A stretch of 64,000 nt of DNA, taken from positions 352,001 through 416,000 of the forward strand of contig BK006943.2 of NCBI GenBank assembly GCA_000146045.2, read 5' to 3'. The notes beneath the pieces are model-generated. The model saw only the letters and a list, made by a program, of their open reading frames with translations, was not told the DNA's origin and did no database searches. Position numbers and translations under genes: made by a program. Every line of letters begins with the position of its first letter. Position 1 is the stretch's first letter. This DNA is from TPA_inf: Saccharomyces. Taxonomy: Eukaryota. Below, piece after piece: positions 1 to 12,200 of this stretch.

Positions 1-104
1 TCGCTCATCGTTAAATTTATTGTATAGTCCTAAAGCGTTGCTTGCACTCGTCTCTCTGCTTATAGACTCGTGGAATCCTTCTCTCTTGGAAACGCTCTCA
101 TTTA

Positions 105-227
105 TCATTGTTCCTGTGAACCCGTACGAGAATTTATACCAGTAAAAAAGATTGGTGGGTTTAATATCTTGAGGATTCCTTCAAAGTAGTCTTTTAGTGC
201 AAAGATATCGATGATCTTCATTCGCAT
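105..227 (-). CDS. Small ORF (about 40 aa, MRMKIIDIFALKDYFEGILKILNPPIFFTG...) upstream of AIM22, possibly the annotated small ORF YJL047C-A
   Basis: ATG-initiated minus-strand ORF. There is no other support, and I am unsure of its identity. Confidence 0.25.
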   Translation of the reverse strand: MRMKIIDIFALKDYFEGILKILNPPIFFTGINSRTGSQEQ

Positions 228-385
228 TGTTCATATTCATCATTACGCAAAGGATAGCTATGCGTTCCGCTTCGTCATACTTAATCAGGAATATTGAACA
301 TCCAAAAATCTCCGAGCTCACGTATGTAGAATTTTTGATGAATACAAAAGAAGAAAACACTAGACTTTTCTTTGATGTTTACATT

Positions 386-1615
386 ATGTCTATGATGCTA
401 AGTAATTGGGCACTCTCCCCTCGATATGTGGGACAGCGAAACCTCATACATTGCACCACTTTATTTCACACACTTACACGATGGGCAAAAGACGCAGACG
501 ATAAATATCATGATATAAACTCAATGTATGAAAACATGTTTACACCTTCAAATGATAACGTTTCAATTTTGCAGGATGAAGGTAAATCTGATTATGATAC
601 GACGAAGGCCAGCTCTATGGAAGAAGATATCAGTGCTTTTAATAAAGACTTGTACAATTTCTATAATATTGGATATGCCAAACAGATCATGTCTGCTTCA
701 CAATTGGAAAATATAGTAAAGGCAAAGGGCAGATTTGTTATACAAAGTTTATCCACCAGTCCTTATTATAATTTGGCCCTTGAAAACTATGTTTTCAAGA
801 ATACACCAAGAGCCAAAAGAGGTCCCGATAATTGCAGACTGTTATTTTACATCAATGATAGGTGCGCCGTTATAGGCAAAAACCAAAATCTGTGGCAGGA
901 AGTAGATCTTGCTAAGCTGAAGAGTAAGAATTTCGAACTACTTAGAAGATTTTCTGGAGGTGGCACTGTACTGCATGATTTGGGCAATGTTAATTATTCA
1001 TATTTAACATCAAGGGAGAAATTCGAAACAAAGTTTTTCAACAAAATGATAATTAAGTGGTTAAATTCATTGAATCCCGAACTAAGACTAGATTTGAATG
1101 AGAGAGGAGATATTATTCAGGACGGGTTTAAAATTAGTGGCAGTGCTTATAAAATTGCCGGTGGCAAAGCATACCATCATGCAACGATGTTGCTTAATGC
1201 GGATTTAGAACAGTTTAGCGGCTTATTAGAACCCTCACTACCGAACAATATGGAATGGGAGTCAAGTGGAGTTCATAGTGTAAAATCAAAAATCAAAAAT
1301 GTTGGTATAATTACTCCTAATCAGTTCATTGCAGTGGTATCCGAGCGTTTTCAGAAAACATTCAAAGTTGACGGCGAAATACCTATATATTACTGTGACG
1401 AGTTTAAATCTATAAACGATGAGATTAAAGATGCTATGAACACCTTACAGAGCGAACAATGGAAATATTTCTCGGGGCCTAAATTTTCAGTGAAGATTAA
1501 AGATAAAGGCTTAACAATTAAAGTCGAAAAGGGCATGATTTATGATTGTGATAGAAATGATTTAATCGGCTTGGAATTCAAAGGATTTTTGGAGAATATT
1601 GACAGTTACACATAA
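386..1615 (+). CDS. AIM22: Lipoate-protein ligase (mitochondrial), 409 aa. The open frame extends upstream to 227 only through a non-ATG (TTG) start; the first ATG is at 386.
   Basis: ORF-track protein with the lipoate-protein ligase (LplA-type) motif (KIAGGKAYHHATMLLNADL). The ATG at 386 gives the 409 aa that I remember for YJL046W. Position upstream of the SDH1 paralog matches chrX gene order. Confidence 0.85.
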   Translation: MSMMLSNWALSPRYVGQRNLIHCTTLFHTLTRWAKDADDKYHDINSMYENMFTPSNDNVSILQDEGKSDYDTTKASSMEEDISAFNKDLYNFYNIGYAKQIMSASQLENIVKAKGRFVIQSLSTSPYYNLALENYVFKNTPRAKRGPDNCRLLFYINDRCAVIGKNQNLWQEVDLAKLKSKNFELLRRFSGGGTVLHDLGNVNYSYLTSREKFETKFFNKMIIKWLNSLNPELRLDLNERGDIIQDGFKISGSAYKIAGGKAYHHATMLLNADLEQFSGLLEPSLPNNMEWESSGVHSVKSKIKNVGIITPNQFIAVVSERFQKTFKVDGEIPIYYCDEFKSINDEIKDAMNTLQSEQWKYFSGPKFSVKIKDKGLTIKVEKGMIYDCDRNDLIGLEFKGFLENIDSYT

Positions 1616-2243
1616 CGTTGATGAATATTTCAATTCACTTGTAAATAACGTAGGTAAATATCAAAATTAAAGTCTTTCACCGGAAACTGATTCAGCATAT
1701 TTCAGCAGACGCGTCCTAGATTCACAGCAAACTTCAATATAAGCGATACATTAGGAGTGTTCGTACTTTAGATCTATAAGAACTATATTTTGTTACGATT
1801 CAGCCGTCTCTAAATGTGAACTAAATATTTATACTGTTATTTGAGAAACCGACAGATAGTACTTAATTTTATCGATCATCTAAGAATAGCATCGGTATTG
1901 TGGTGACATTTATTGAATTTCTTCCGCTCCAGAATAAAGTTCCTTTTCACTTCAAAAAACTGCCACCAGTAAAGTTGCACCAGTGGTTTTTGAGCATTTT
2001 TTGTCAATGTCGCTTAACCGTTCTTGAACTGTATCCTCTTGACGTCGATAAAATCATTTGTAAAAACCAGGCCAAATCATCATTGAATAATTTACACTGT
2101 GTCTTCAATGTCGCCATTTGGACCAATAATTATCAAACTGTTCACAATTCACTCAAAGTCCTTTCAGCAACATTCTTATGAAACAATACTTTCTTTGAAT
2201 TTGTATGATGAAACAAAATTTTTTGGTTATTAATCATTTATCA

Positions 2244-2332
2244 CTCTCGGTAGCCAAGTTGGTTTAAGGCGCAAGACTGTAATTTACCACTACGAAATCT
2301 TGAGATCGGGCGTTCGACTCGCCCCCGGGAGA
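2244..2332 (+). tRNA. tY(GUA): tRNA-Tyr (anticodon GUA) with 14-nt intron (2283..2296)
   Basis: Read directly: CTCTCGGTAGCCAAGTTGGTTTAAGGCGCAAGACTGTAA, then intron TTTACCACTACGAA, then ATCTTGAGATCGGGCGTTCGACTCGCCCCCGGGAGA. A T7 Pol III terminator follows at 2333..2339. Confidence 0.95.
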
Positions 2333-2439
2333 TTTTTTTAATGTGCTCTAAATAGAATGTGGATGAAATTTCTCTTGGCCGCCGTACCCTTCTTCATAAT
2401 TAATAATTTCTTTCCATTTTGCAGGATTATATCTGATCA

Positions 2440-2525
2440 ATAAGTGATTGTAAAGATTTTGTTTGTGAGAAATATGTGAATTTTTAATTTTGGTTATAAC
2501 TTAATAATTGTTGGAATTCCATTTT
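2440..2525 (-). mobile_element. Truncated Ty1/Ty2 delta LTR fragment (terminal approx. 60-85 bp)
   Basis: TGAGAAATATGTGAATTTTTAATTTTGG...AATTGTTGGAATTCCATTTTTGATAAA resembles the reverse complement of a delta end (…GGAATCCCAACAATT…TCA). Confidence 0.6.
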
Positions 2526-2843
2526 TGATAAAGATGAAAATTGGTGAATTTTGAGATAATTGTTGGGATTCCATTGTTGATAAAGGCTATAATATTAGGT
2601 ATACAGAATATACTAGAAGTTCTCCTCGAGGATCTAGGAATCCTCATAATGGAACCTATATTTCTATATACTAATATTCCGTTTTATTCCTTATTCCGTT
2701 TTATATGTTTCATTATCCTATTACATTATCAATCCTTGCACTTCAGCTTCCTCTAACTTCGATGACAGCTTCTCATAACTTATGCCATCATCTTAGCACC
2801 ATATATGATAATATATTGGTAGTATGACTACTAGTTGATAGAC
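2526..2843 (-). mobile_element. Solo delta LTR (Ty1/Ty2 family), 3-prime-truncated, minus orientation
   Basis: GAATTTTGAGATAATTGTTGGGATTCCATTGTTGATAAAGGCTATAATATTAGGTATACAG...CTCGAGGA...ATTACATTATCAATCCTTGCACTTCAGCTTCC matches the reverse complement of delta. It lacks the canonical ...TTCCAACA terminus. Confidence 0.85.
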
Positions 2844-3203
2844 TGAAGAGAATGTGGATTTTGATGTAATTGTTGGGATTCCATTTTTAATAAGGCAATA
2901 ATATTAGGTATGTAGATATACTAGAAGTTCTCCTCGAGGATTTAGGAATCCATAAAAGGGAATCTGCAATTCTATACAATTCTATAAATATTATTATCAT
3001 CATTTTATATGTTAATATTCATTGATCCTATTACATTATCAATCCTTGCGTTTCAGCTTCCACTAATTTAGATGACTATTTCTCATCATTTGCGTCATCT
3101 TCTAACACCGTATATGATAATATACTAGCAACGTAAATACTAGTTAGTAGATGATAGTTGATTTTTATTCCAACATAGACGATAGTTGATTTTTATTCCA
3201 ACA
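2844..3203 (-). mobile_element. Solo Ty1 delta LTR, near full length, minus orientation. The terminal 28 bp (GATAGTTGATTTTTATTCCAACA-type end) is duplicated in tandem (first end at 3175, second at 3203).
   Basis: TGAAGAGAATGTGGATTTTGATGTAATTGTTGGGATTCC ... GATGATAGTTGATTTTTATTCCAACA is the reverse complement of the canonical TGTTGGAATA...TCTCA delta. Confidence 0.9.
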
Positions 3204-3373
3204 GTGTTGACATATAAATACTAGTCAACTAAATGGTAATTGGTTATTATTCCTCAACATTCTGCTACCAAACGCAAATGTAGTAGGAGAGTTTAGATTT
3301 TCAACGTTGGTTTGCGAGATTGGTGAAATCAAAGCATAGTTTACCTTTAATCCCAATCTTCCAACAAACAGTA

Positions 3374-3445
3374 GCTCGCGTGGCGTAATGGCAACGCGTC
3401 TGACTTCTAATCAGAAGATTATGGGTTCGACCCCCATCGTGAGTG
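3374..3445 (+). tRNA. tR(UCU): tRNA-Arg (anticodon UCU), first member of the Arg-Asp dicistron
   Basis: GCTCGCGTGGCGTAATGGCAACGCGTCTGACTTCTAATCAGAAGATTATGGGTTCGACCCCCATCGTGAGTG; anticodon loop CTTCTAA. Confidence 0.95.
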
Positions 3446-3455
3446 CTTTGTTTCT

Positions 3456-3527
3456 TCCGTGATAGTTTAATGGTCAGAATGGGCGCTTGTCGCGTGCCAG
3501 ATCGGGGTTCAATTCCCCGTCGCGGAG
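3456..3527 (+). tRNA. tD(GUC): tRNA-Asp (anticodon GUC), 10 nt downstream of tRNA-Arg. Pol III terminator T8 at 3529..3536.
   Basis: TCCGTGATAGTTTAATGGTCAGAATGGGCGCTTGTCGCGTGCCAGATCGGGGTTCAATTCCCCGTCGCGGAG; spacer CTTTGTTTCT. Confidence 0.95.
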
Positions 3528-4023
3528 ATTTTTTTTGAAGCTGTTGTAGTTACTACTTTAAGATCCAGATTGATACAGTACGTATGTGAGGCAACAGATA
3601 CTTGCAATATAACAAGTTTTGTGAAGAGATAGTGTGAATACCTATGGTTCCACGCAAGAAATCATCTATTTGAATTTTCGGCTTCTATAAGAATGACAAA
3701 ACTCATAGGAAGCTGCAATGCATTAATTTTCCGTAAGCTTTATTAACCCGTTAGCCGCTCAAGTCGCTTTTCTCAGGTCGCGCTCCTCTTCTCCGGACTT
3801 ATGTGGCTCCCTTTAGAATATAAGGGTCTTCCCTTTAACGGAACAGTAAGGTTCCACAAGGTGGCAAAAAAGGCAATCCAACCGACACTTCGGCAAATTT
3901 CTTTCACTCTAGTCAGAGCTAAGTTCTTATATATACTTTCTAAATAATTATCTGCTAAAATAAGAAAAGAAGGAGCCTAAATACGTATATCTATATACAT
4001 GTATACACGTGAGCTAATAAATT

Positions 4024-5928
4024 ATGTTATCTTTGAAAAAAGGAATAACAAAATCATACATCTTGCAAAGAACTTTCACTTCTTCCTCTGTTGTTCGTCA
4101 AATTGGGGAAGTGAAATCTGAATCGAAACCGCCGGCCAAATATCATATTATCGACCATGAATATGATTGTGTGGTGGTAGGCGCTGGCGGTGCAGGTTTA
4201 AGAGCAGCTTTCGGTTTGGCTGAAGCTGGATACAAGACTGCTTGTTTATCCAAGTTGTTTCCAACAAGGTCACATACTGTGGCTGCTCAGGGTGGAATTA
4301 ATGCTGCGCTGGGAAATATGCATCCAGATGATTGGAAATCGCACATGTACGACACTGTCAAGGGTTCTGACTGGCTCGGAGACCAAGATGCAATCCATTA
4401 CATGACAAGAGAAGCACCTAAGTCTGTCATTGAACTAGAACATTACGGTATGCCCTTTTCGAGGACTGAAGATGGAAGGATTTACCAGAGAGCATTTGGG
4501 GGACAATCCAAAGATTTTGGTAAAGGTGGACAGGCCTATAGGACTTGTGCGGTGGCAGATAGAACAGGTCACGCAATGCTTCATACATTGTATGGACAAG
4601 CGCTGAAAAATAATACACACTTCTTTATTGAATACTTTGCAATGGATTTGTTGACCCATAATGGCGAGGTTGTGGGTGTCATTGCCTATAATCAGGAGGA
4701 CGGTACAATTCACAGATTCAGAGCACATAAGACCGTCATCGCGACAGGCGGATACGGTAGAGCTTACTTCTCTTGCACTTCTGCTCACACTTGTACAGGT
4801 GACGGTAATGCTATGGTTTCTCGCGCTGGATTTCCACTAGAGGATTTAGAATTTGTTCAATTTCATCCGTCAGGAATTTATGGGTCTGGCTGCCTAATCA
4901 CTGAAGGTGCCCGTGGTGAGGGTGGATTTTTATTGAATTCTGAAGGAGAAAGGTTTATGGAACGCTATGCTCCTACTGCCAAGGACTTGGCAAGCAGGGA
5001 TGTTGTTTCCAGAGCAATCACCATGGAAATCAGGGCTGGCAGAGGTGTCGGGAAAAACAAGGATCATATCCTTTTACAATTAAGCCATCTACCACCTGAG
5101 GTACTAAAGGAAAGGCTACCGGGAATATCTGAAACAGCTGCTGTCTTTGCGGGTGTCGATGTCACCCAGGAGCCAATTCCTGTCTTGCCAACTGTCCATT
5201 ATAATATGGGAGGCATTCCCACAAAATGGACTGGTGAAGCATTGACCATTGACGAGGAAACTGGAGAGGATAAGGTCATCCCAGGATTGATGGCGTGTGG
5301 TGAAGCTGCTTGCGTATCGGTTCATGGAGCGAACAGATTAGGCGCTAACTCACTACTGGATTTAGTCGTTTTCGGTCGCGCCGTTGCAAATACCATTGCT
5401 GACACATTACAGCCTGGCTTGCCTCATAAGCCATTGGCTTCAAACATCGGGCACGAGTCAATTGCTAATTTGGATAAAGTAAGAAATGCTCGCGGCTCAC
5501 TGAAAACCTCTCAAATCAGGTTGAACATGCAAAGGACAATGCAAAAAGATGTTTCTGTTTTCAGGACGCAAGACACTCTAGATGAAGGTGTTAGAAATAT
5601 TACTGAAGTGGACAAGACATTTGAGGATGTGCACGTTTCTGATAAGTCAATGATCTGGAATTCTGATCTCGTAGAAACTCTGGAATTGCAAAATTTACTT
5701 ACTTGTGCCACACAAACGGCTGTTTCTGCTTCCAAAAGAAAGGAGTCTCGTGGTGCTCATGCGAGAGAGGACTATGCAAAAAGAGATGATGTGAATTGGA
5801 GAAAGCACACATTATCATGGCAAAAGGGGACATCAACACCTGTAAAAATCAAGTACAGGAATGTAATCGCACATACTTTAGATGAGAATGAATGCGCCCC
5901 AGTCCCTCCAGCTGTCAGATCCTATTAA
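4024..5928 (+). CDS. SDH1b: Succinate dehydrogenase flavoprotein subunit paralog (SDH1b), 634 aa
   Basis: FAD-binding [10 protein letters not shown] motif and SDH/FRD flavoprotein signatures ([15 protein letters not shown]...). The 634 aa length fits YJL045W better than the 640 aa SDH1. Confidence 0.9.
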   Translation: MLSLKKGITKSYILQRTFTSSSVVRQIGEVKSESKPPAKYHIIDHEYDCVVVGAGGAGLRAAFGLAEAGYKTACLSKLFPTRSHTVAAQGGINAALGNMHPDDWKSHMYDTVKGSDWLGDQDAIHYMTREAPKSVIELEHYGMPFSRTEDGRIYQRAFGGQSKDFGKGGQAYRTCAVADRTGHAMLHTLYGQALKNNTHFFIEYFAMDLLTHNGEVVGVIAYNQEDGTIHRFRAHKTVIATGGYGRAYFSCTSAHTCTGDGNAMVSRAGFPLEDLEFVQFHPSGIYGSGCLITEGARGEGGFLLNSEGERFMERYAPTAKDLASRDVVSRAITMEIRAGRGVGKNKDHILLQLSHLPPEVLKERLPGISETAAVFAGVDVTQEPIPVLPTVHYNMGGIPTKWTGEALTIDEETGEDKVIPGLMACGEAACVSVHGANRLGANSLLDLVVFGRAVANTIADTLQPGLPHKPLASNIGHESIANLDKVRNARGSLKTSQIRLNMQRTMQKDVSVFRTQDTLDEGVRNITEVDKTFEDVHVSDKSMIWNSDLVETLELQNLLTCATQTAVSASKRKESRGAHAREDYAKRDDVNWRKHTLSWQKGTSTPVKIKYRNVIAHTLDENECAPVPPAVRSY

Positions 5929-6299
5929 TTCTTATTTATTTATTTATTTATTTTGGAGGGCAAACTTATTTATTGATCTGGCAAAAATGATCTTTCCCTT
6001 TTTTCTTATTTTTCTCTCTATCTCTCTCATTGATTCTTGGTCAATAGTACTCGTTTACTGTCAACTTACACCTTATCTATTATGCTATATAATTTTATGC
6101 AAGACATTGAAGTACAATATACGTCGAGCTGCAATATGCAAAAATATCAGAGGGAAACCAGCTCATTAGGAAATATGACATGTGGGCTATCTGTTTGTTG
6201 GTGGTAGCTGGGTTTTTTTTTTTTTTTTTTTGATTTTGTCGTGCGGGTGTGCAGGCTGGGATTTCAAACAAATAACAACGAGTAATTGACAAGAAAAAC

Positions 6300-7676
6300 T
6301 TATTGGCTTATTTTCTTTTTGTTCTTCAAAATTGTTTGCCTTACCCTCTCCCTCAGTTTGTTTTCGAGTGATTGTCTATTAGGATCAATAGTCAACTTTG
6401 CTGTTTCCATACTTAAAACATCACTAGTCTTTATGCCGAACTTCGCATTTATAAAAGTGTCGCAAATCAATCTCATATCGTCGTAATTTTTTCCATACCA
6501 CAATTCACATAAATTTCCAGTGACCTTACACAGGTCTAAAAACTTTTCATCATCTTTACTGGCATCTTCCTTTTCAAAAATTTTCTTGAAATGCAAAATC
6601 AATTCAACAAATTCATCGTTATTATTCGTATGTTCATAGTCACCTTGGCTCACTAGTTCGTGAAGCTCATCGTAAATGGATAACAAAAGGGTGATGATAG
6701 TGCATGCAATGAAAATATCCAAGGGATAATTGAACGTCAGGACGTGGTCCCAAACGATTAGCACATATTTTAAGGGTAATTCTCTTAAAAATAACAACCT
6801 TGTCCATCGGATGAGCCAGATTAGGTTGGAGTGAATCAGATGGTCTACGTTTTTTTTCTTCCCGCTGCCCGTTTTTGGTGGTTGGTAAAAAACCTTTGAA
6901 AACAAGTCTGGCAAACAAATCCTAAAGATTTTCGTGAATACTCTCTTATCCCAGTTAATCAAATTTTCTTCGTTATAAAAAATCGGTTCGATTTGGTTCA
7001 TTAGCTTGTTAAAGATAATCAGAACGTTTTGCAAATCGGTATTATCGAGATCTGTACCGTGATATAATTGCAGATAAATGACGCTTAATATTTCGTGGAA
7101 CCCTTGTTTATACTGTAGGTGTTCGCTTTGATGTATAAGCAGGTAATTGTACAAAAGTTGTCTCATTTGAGCATGAACCTTGGGTTCCTGAAATATATCG
7201 TCAAGCATTATCCTTGAGAGGTCCAAATCTATAATTTCCAGAGTTTCCCTCAGTGTCAACGGCTTTTCATCACTTCCCTTGGACAAAGAACCTTTAGTTT
7301 TGTCATTGTCATCAGACAAGGGATGTTTTTCAACAGCCTCGACGGGAGTCAGCCTCCTGATTCCCACTGAGGAGGAAACGTTCGAGTGCAAGACCCTTTT
7401 AGGTACATTTGCATTATGATTTTCGTCATAGTTGTCGCCATCTGCCAGCATAGGCACTGGCACCAAGCCGAACTGGTTAAGGTCCAAACCTTTAAAGTTA
7501 TCAGTTAACAAGCAGTTGTTGTTTTCATCACACAGAAGCAAAGCTTTCCAGAGCCAGCCTCTACTATTTTCTTTAAAGATAGAGTCATGGTAGAGTTCAC
7601 CTTTCCAAATTCCCTTCTGCACCAGTTGGTCTCTTGTCTCGTAGTGGTCAATCGCCCATTGTAAGACATCCTTCAT
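6300..7676 (-). CDS. GYP6: Ypt6 GTPase-activating protein (TBC domain), 458 aa. The track ORF extends to 7706 through a GTG start; the first ATG is at 7676.
   Basis: Gene order and length; TBC-like region in the translated protein. Confidence 0.85.
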
Positions 7677-8129
7677 GGTTGCATAAGCGAAAAAATACAA
7701 ACGCACGACAGCTAACCCTCTCTATGTATGCCAATTCTCTTGACAACTCTCCCCCATTGTTCTGAAAAAGGTAATGAAATTAAACGCTGCTGTACCGATT
7801 ATGGAAAACTCAATGGAAAAATTGAAAAAAAAAAAAAAAGGAACTAGTAATGCCGTAGGAGAAGCGGGTAACATAATATCCGGTTTTCCTTTACGACCGC
7901 TTACAGGCCTAAACCAGCGCACCATCCAGTTACAATAACACTTGGAGCATGCGTACACGTGTGCGTATTCTACGGCTGGCATGGGCAAAATAAGACGTGG
8001 AATTTTTCTGTGGTCAGAACTTTGCGTCAGTAAATAATTCAAGAAAAAATAATAATTATGTCGAAAAAAAAATAGAAAAAAAAGAAAAAAAGAATACTAA
8101 AAGGTGAGTGTTCAGGAAAACCGCAAGCC

Positions 8130-8903
8130 ATGTTTGTTGATTATTCCGGACTGGAGCGTTACACGGATATAAATGCATCTTTTGGTAAGTTGGTCAACAC
8201 TTACTGCTGTTTTCAGCGCTGTGAAGCCATCAGCGAACAATTGGAGATTCTGAAAAGTCTAGTACCAAAGTGCCACGACATTGTGGCACTTACTGACGAA
8301 GACTTTGCTAGTGGCCGTACTGCCGGACTGACGCAGAAATTGTTTGCTATGGCGATGACCCTACACCAGATCACCGACTGTATCGACCTCCTGCAGAAAT
8401 GCAACACCATAATACCCATCGAGATCGCCAACCCGGCTAGCTTTGAAAGCGGCGCCGCGACGGCGCCGCTACGTCAAAGCTATGCTAGGCTCTTGGATGA
8501 CTGGTCCCACTACATGGGCCCATCAACGGTAAAACACACAGGCTGTACCAACCGACCCAAGTGGAGATTTCCCTGGCAACAGTCACGGACTATCATCATC
8601 CCCATGCTGTTTATTGGCGAAACTGCAATGAGCACCAGGGACCTAAGGTCTGTGCTGCATGATTGTGAGATCAGGCACGCGAGCGAAATGCCGCTGCAGC
8701 TACTTTGGACGTCGTCACCGGAGTTGGTGTACGCCACACCGCATGTTGACGACTACGACATTTGGTCGCGCTACGGGTCTGATTACAACATGCAGATAGA
8801 GGACGAAGACGAAGCATCAAAAGGGCGACAGCGCAAGTGTGTGGTGCAGTTGGAGGCACTGTTGGGTGCGCTACCTACTACGGACCCGTTGTTCCAATGG
8901 TAG
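8130..8903 (+). CDS. YJL043W: Uncharacterized protein YJL043W, 257 aa, unusually GC-rich for yeast
   Basis: Clean ATG-initiated 257-aa ORF at the expected position between GYP6 and MHP1. Confidence 0.8.
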   Translation: MFVDYSGLERYTDINASFGKLVNTYCCFQRCEAISEQLEILKSLVPKCHDIVALTDEDFASGRTAGLTQKLFAMAMTLHQITDCIDLLQKCNTIIPIEIANPASFESGAATAPLRQSYARLLDDWSHYMGPSTVKHTGCTNRPKWRFPWQQSRTIIIPMLFIGETAMSTRDLRSVLHDCEIRHASEMPLQLLWTSSPELVYATPHVDDYDIWSRYGSDYNMQIEDEDEASKGRQRKCVVQLEALLGALPTTDPLFQW

Positions 8904-9248
8904 CCCGGGCCTTTTTTTTTTTCATCAGCTTCTCTTTTAGGCCGTCGGCCCCGTTCGATGTTCACCCGTCCTGGACAGCTTGCTCTCCCCCCTTCCTCGT
9001 GCTGCGCGACTGTTTACGTTATTGGCTTATTGTATTGTTTTCGCATCTAGAACGTTCAGGTTCAATTTACGCAACGGTGTTTCACTCGAAGCATCTGGCT
9101 GTACAAGCAAATGCTGCGTTCTCATTCTCCTTTATATAACAAGCTTCTGCCTTAAAGCGTTCATATGTACATACATATACACCACTCAGGCACTCGCATA
9201 ATCGCACTTAAATACGCAAAATATACAAGATAGCCCTACAACTGCTCC

Positions 9249-12200
9249 ATGGACTCCAAGGACACGCAAAAGTTGCTTAAGGAGCACCGAATCCCCTGCA
9301 TCGACGTTGGATGGTTGGTCAGGCCCAGTGCCTCCACCAGCAAGAGCTCCAGACCAGGGAAATCCGAGTCCAAGGCCAACAGTGTGGCTCCTGACATCCA
9401 GATGGACACTGCTCGCCCGCCCGTTTTCGAAACGTCTGTAGACTCTTCCAGCAGCATTCTTTCTTCAAACGATAAGGGACGCCGTCACTCCGTAGCTGCG
9501 AGCTTGCTAATGGATAATCAGCGTGCTAACGCTGGGTCTACATCCGTTCCCACAAACATTCCTCCCCCTAGGGGTAGGTCGAAGTCAGTGGTGGAGACTA
9601 ACCTGTCTAACGTTGAGGCTGACTCCGGACATCATCACCACCACCGCCACCACCATCACACGGAAGATGCTCCTGCACCTAAGAAGGTCGGATTCTTTAA
9701 GAGTCTGTTTGGCCATAGGAAGAAGGATCAGGAACAACAGGAGAAGGAACGAGAAAGGAAAGAGCGCTCACCCTCTCCGACTCACGTGGACCGTGGCGCG
9801 GCCATAAGAAGAGAAAGAACGGCTACCATATCTGCGGAATCACCACCGCCTTTGCAGTACAATGCTCCACCCTCTTATAACGATACTGTGGTACCGTTAA
9901 CAAGATCCAAGACGGAATCAGAAGTGTATTACGAAAATCATCCGCAAAGCTACTACCATGGCCGTATGCGCACATACCACTCACCAGAAGAGGGTAAAGT
10001 CGACGGAACTTCCCCCGCAGACGATCATAACTATGGCGGCTCTCGACCTGATCCTAGATTAATGGATTTCTTGCGCTACTACAAATCTAAGGATTACAAA
10101 TTAGCCGCCTTCAAAGAAGGGAACTTTATTAAGTCATCTGCGTCTCCCACAACCAAGAAAAATAGACGCGCTTCGTTCTCATTACATAACGACAAACCAC
10201 AACCTGCCAAATCACTTGCTCACCAGAAATTTGACGCTAAGGGAAGACCCATTCCGCCGCATCCCGACGCACCCAAATTGCCTTCCGCCTTCAGGAAGAA
10301 GCATCCAAGCAACGCATCGATAGTAGACACAGTGGATTCCAATTCGGACGTTTCCTCGTCAGCGCAGAATAATAATCAGACACCTTCTTCTCATAAATTC
10401 GGCGCCTTTTTAAGGAAAGTTACCTCTTATGGGAACAACAACAACAACAGCACCAATGCCTCCTCCCTTTCTGCAAACGTCAATAATCCAGACACCTCAT
10501 CGACGTCCCTATGGTCTTCTAGTTCAATGGAGTTCGACCCTTCAAAGATAACCACCGTCCCCGGCCTCGAGAATATACGGCCCTTGAAACACGTCTCCTT
10601 TGCTACGAACACCTATTTCAACGATCCTCCACAACAAATATGCAGTAAAAACCCTCGTAAAGGTGAAGTGGAAGTGAAGCCTAATGGATCTGTTGTCATT
10701 CATAGGTTGACTCCGCAAGAACGCAAAAAAATCATGGAATCGACTAGTTTGGGTGTTGTCGTTGGGGGGACCGGGCAATTAAAACTATTAAATCCCGAGG
10801 AAGACGACGCAAATGCCAAGAGTAAAGAGGAGATGGCCCCTCAAAAGCAGAACGAAGTGGAGGCACACGACGAGGAGGATAACAATTCTCAAAGGAGAAA
10901 CATCGTTATGGCCGCTGCAGAAGCTGCTGCAGAGGCCAGAGCCAAAGAGGCACCTAACGAATTGAAACGTATCGTGACCAACAATGAAGAAGAAGTCACT
11001 GTCAGTAAGACCGCCAGCCATTTGACCATCGATAAGCCAATGATTTCAAGAAGGGGTGCTTCCACATCCTCTTTGGCCTCCATGGTGTCCAGTGATACCA
11101 ACGGTACGAACGCAGATGATGAAGGAGAAATTCTTCCCCCACCTTCTTTGAAGATACCTCACGACATTGTGTATACCCGTTGTTGTCACTTGCGAGAAAT
11201 TCTGCCCATACCAGCCACATTGAAGCAATTGAAAAAGGGCTCGACGGACCCTATCCCCATCTTACAGTTACGTAACCCAAGACCTTCTATGGTGGAAATT
11301 TGGTCGTTCAGCGATTTCTTGAGCATTGCTCCCGTTTTATGTCTTTCGTTGGACGGTGTACAATTAACCGTGCAAATGCTTAGAATAATTTTGAGTTCGC
11401 TGGTTTACAAACAGCATTTCCAAAAACTTTCTCTAAGAAACACCCCCTTGGATGAAGAAGGATGGAAAGTTCTGTGTTATTTTGTCTCCAAGGCCAAGTC
11501 TCTGCACTCTATTGATTTGACAATGGTCCCTTCCATCAAGACAAATGTACAAAAGCCTTCTAAATCTTCTTTGAAGTCAAAAATTCTGAGAATGCAATGC
11601 AACTTGGAAAATAGATCCGACATGAACTGGGACCTTTTGACAGCTTCTATTGCCCTCATGGGCGGTTTGGAGGAAATTGTCATTTCCGGGGCCAAGATGA
11701 ATTCTGCACAATTCAAAAACTTCATCCTCGTTGCTTGTATAGCAACCGAGAGATTGGGCCTCGCGTATAATGGATTATCTAAGAGCCAATGTGATGATTT
11801 GGCCAAGTGGATGGTTCAATCAAAAGTGACAGGTCTAGACGTTGGTTTTAACGATTTGAATGGCAAACTTTCCTCTTTCACCGATGCTGTTTTAGGCAAA
11901 ATACAAAAAGCTAACGAGAAAAACGTCTTCAAATTTTTATCTCTAAATGGGACAAATTTGAGAGTGAACGAACACGACACTTTTGAGAATAACGAGGTCT
12001 TAAAACTGATAAGCGTTTTATGTTATTTGGAAAATTTAAAATTCTTGGATATATCGAACAATCCTGCCATCTTCCCCCACTGTGTTCCGACGCTGATTGA
12101 TTTTTTACCTGTTTTTGTTAATCTTGTCCGTCTGCATATCGACTACAATAATTTAAGTTCCACGAGTGTAGTGATGCTGGCCGAAATATTACCCATGTGT

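Noticed and set aside
227-385. N-terminal extension of AIM22 back to 227
   Set aside because: The extension starts at TTG. The first ATG at 386 gives the known 409-aa protein.
1900-2181. 93-aa ORF between AIM22 and tRNA-Tyr
   Set aside because: Non-ATG start in the track, no recognisable domain; an AT-rich intergenic region.
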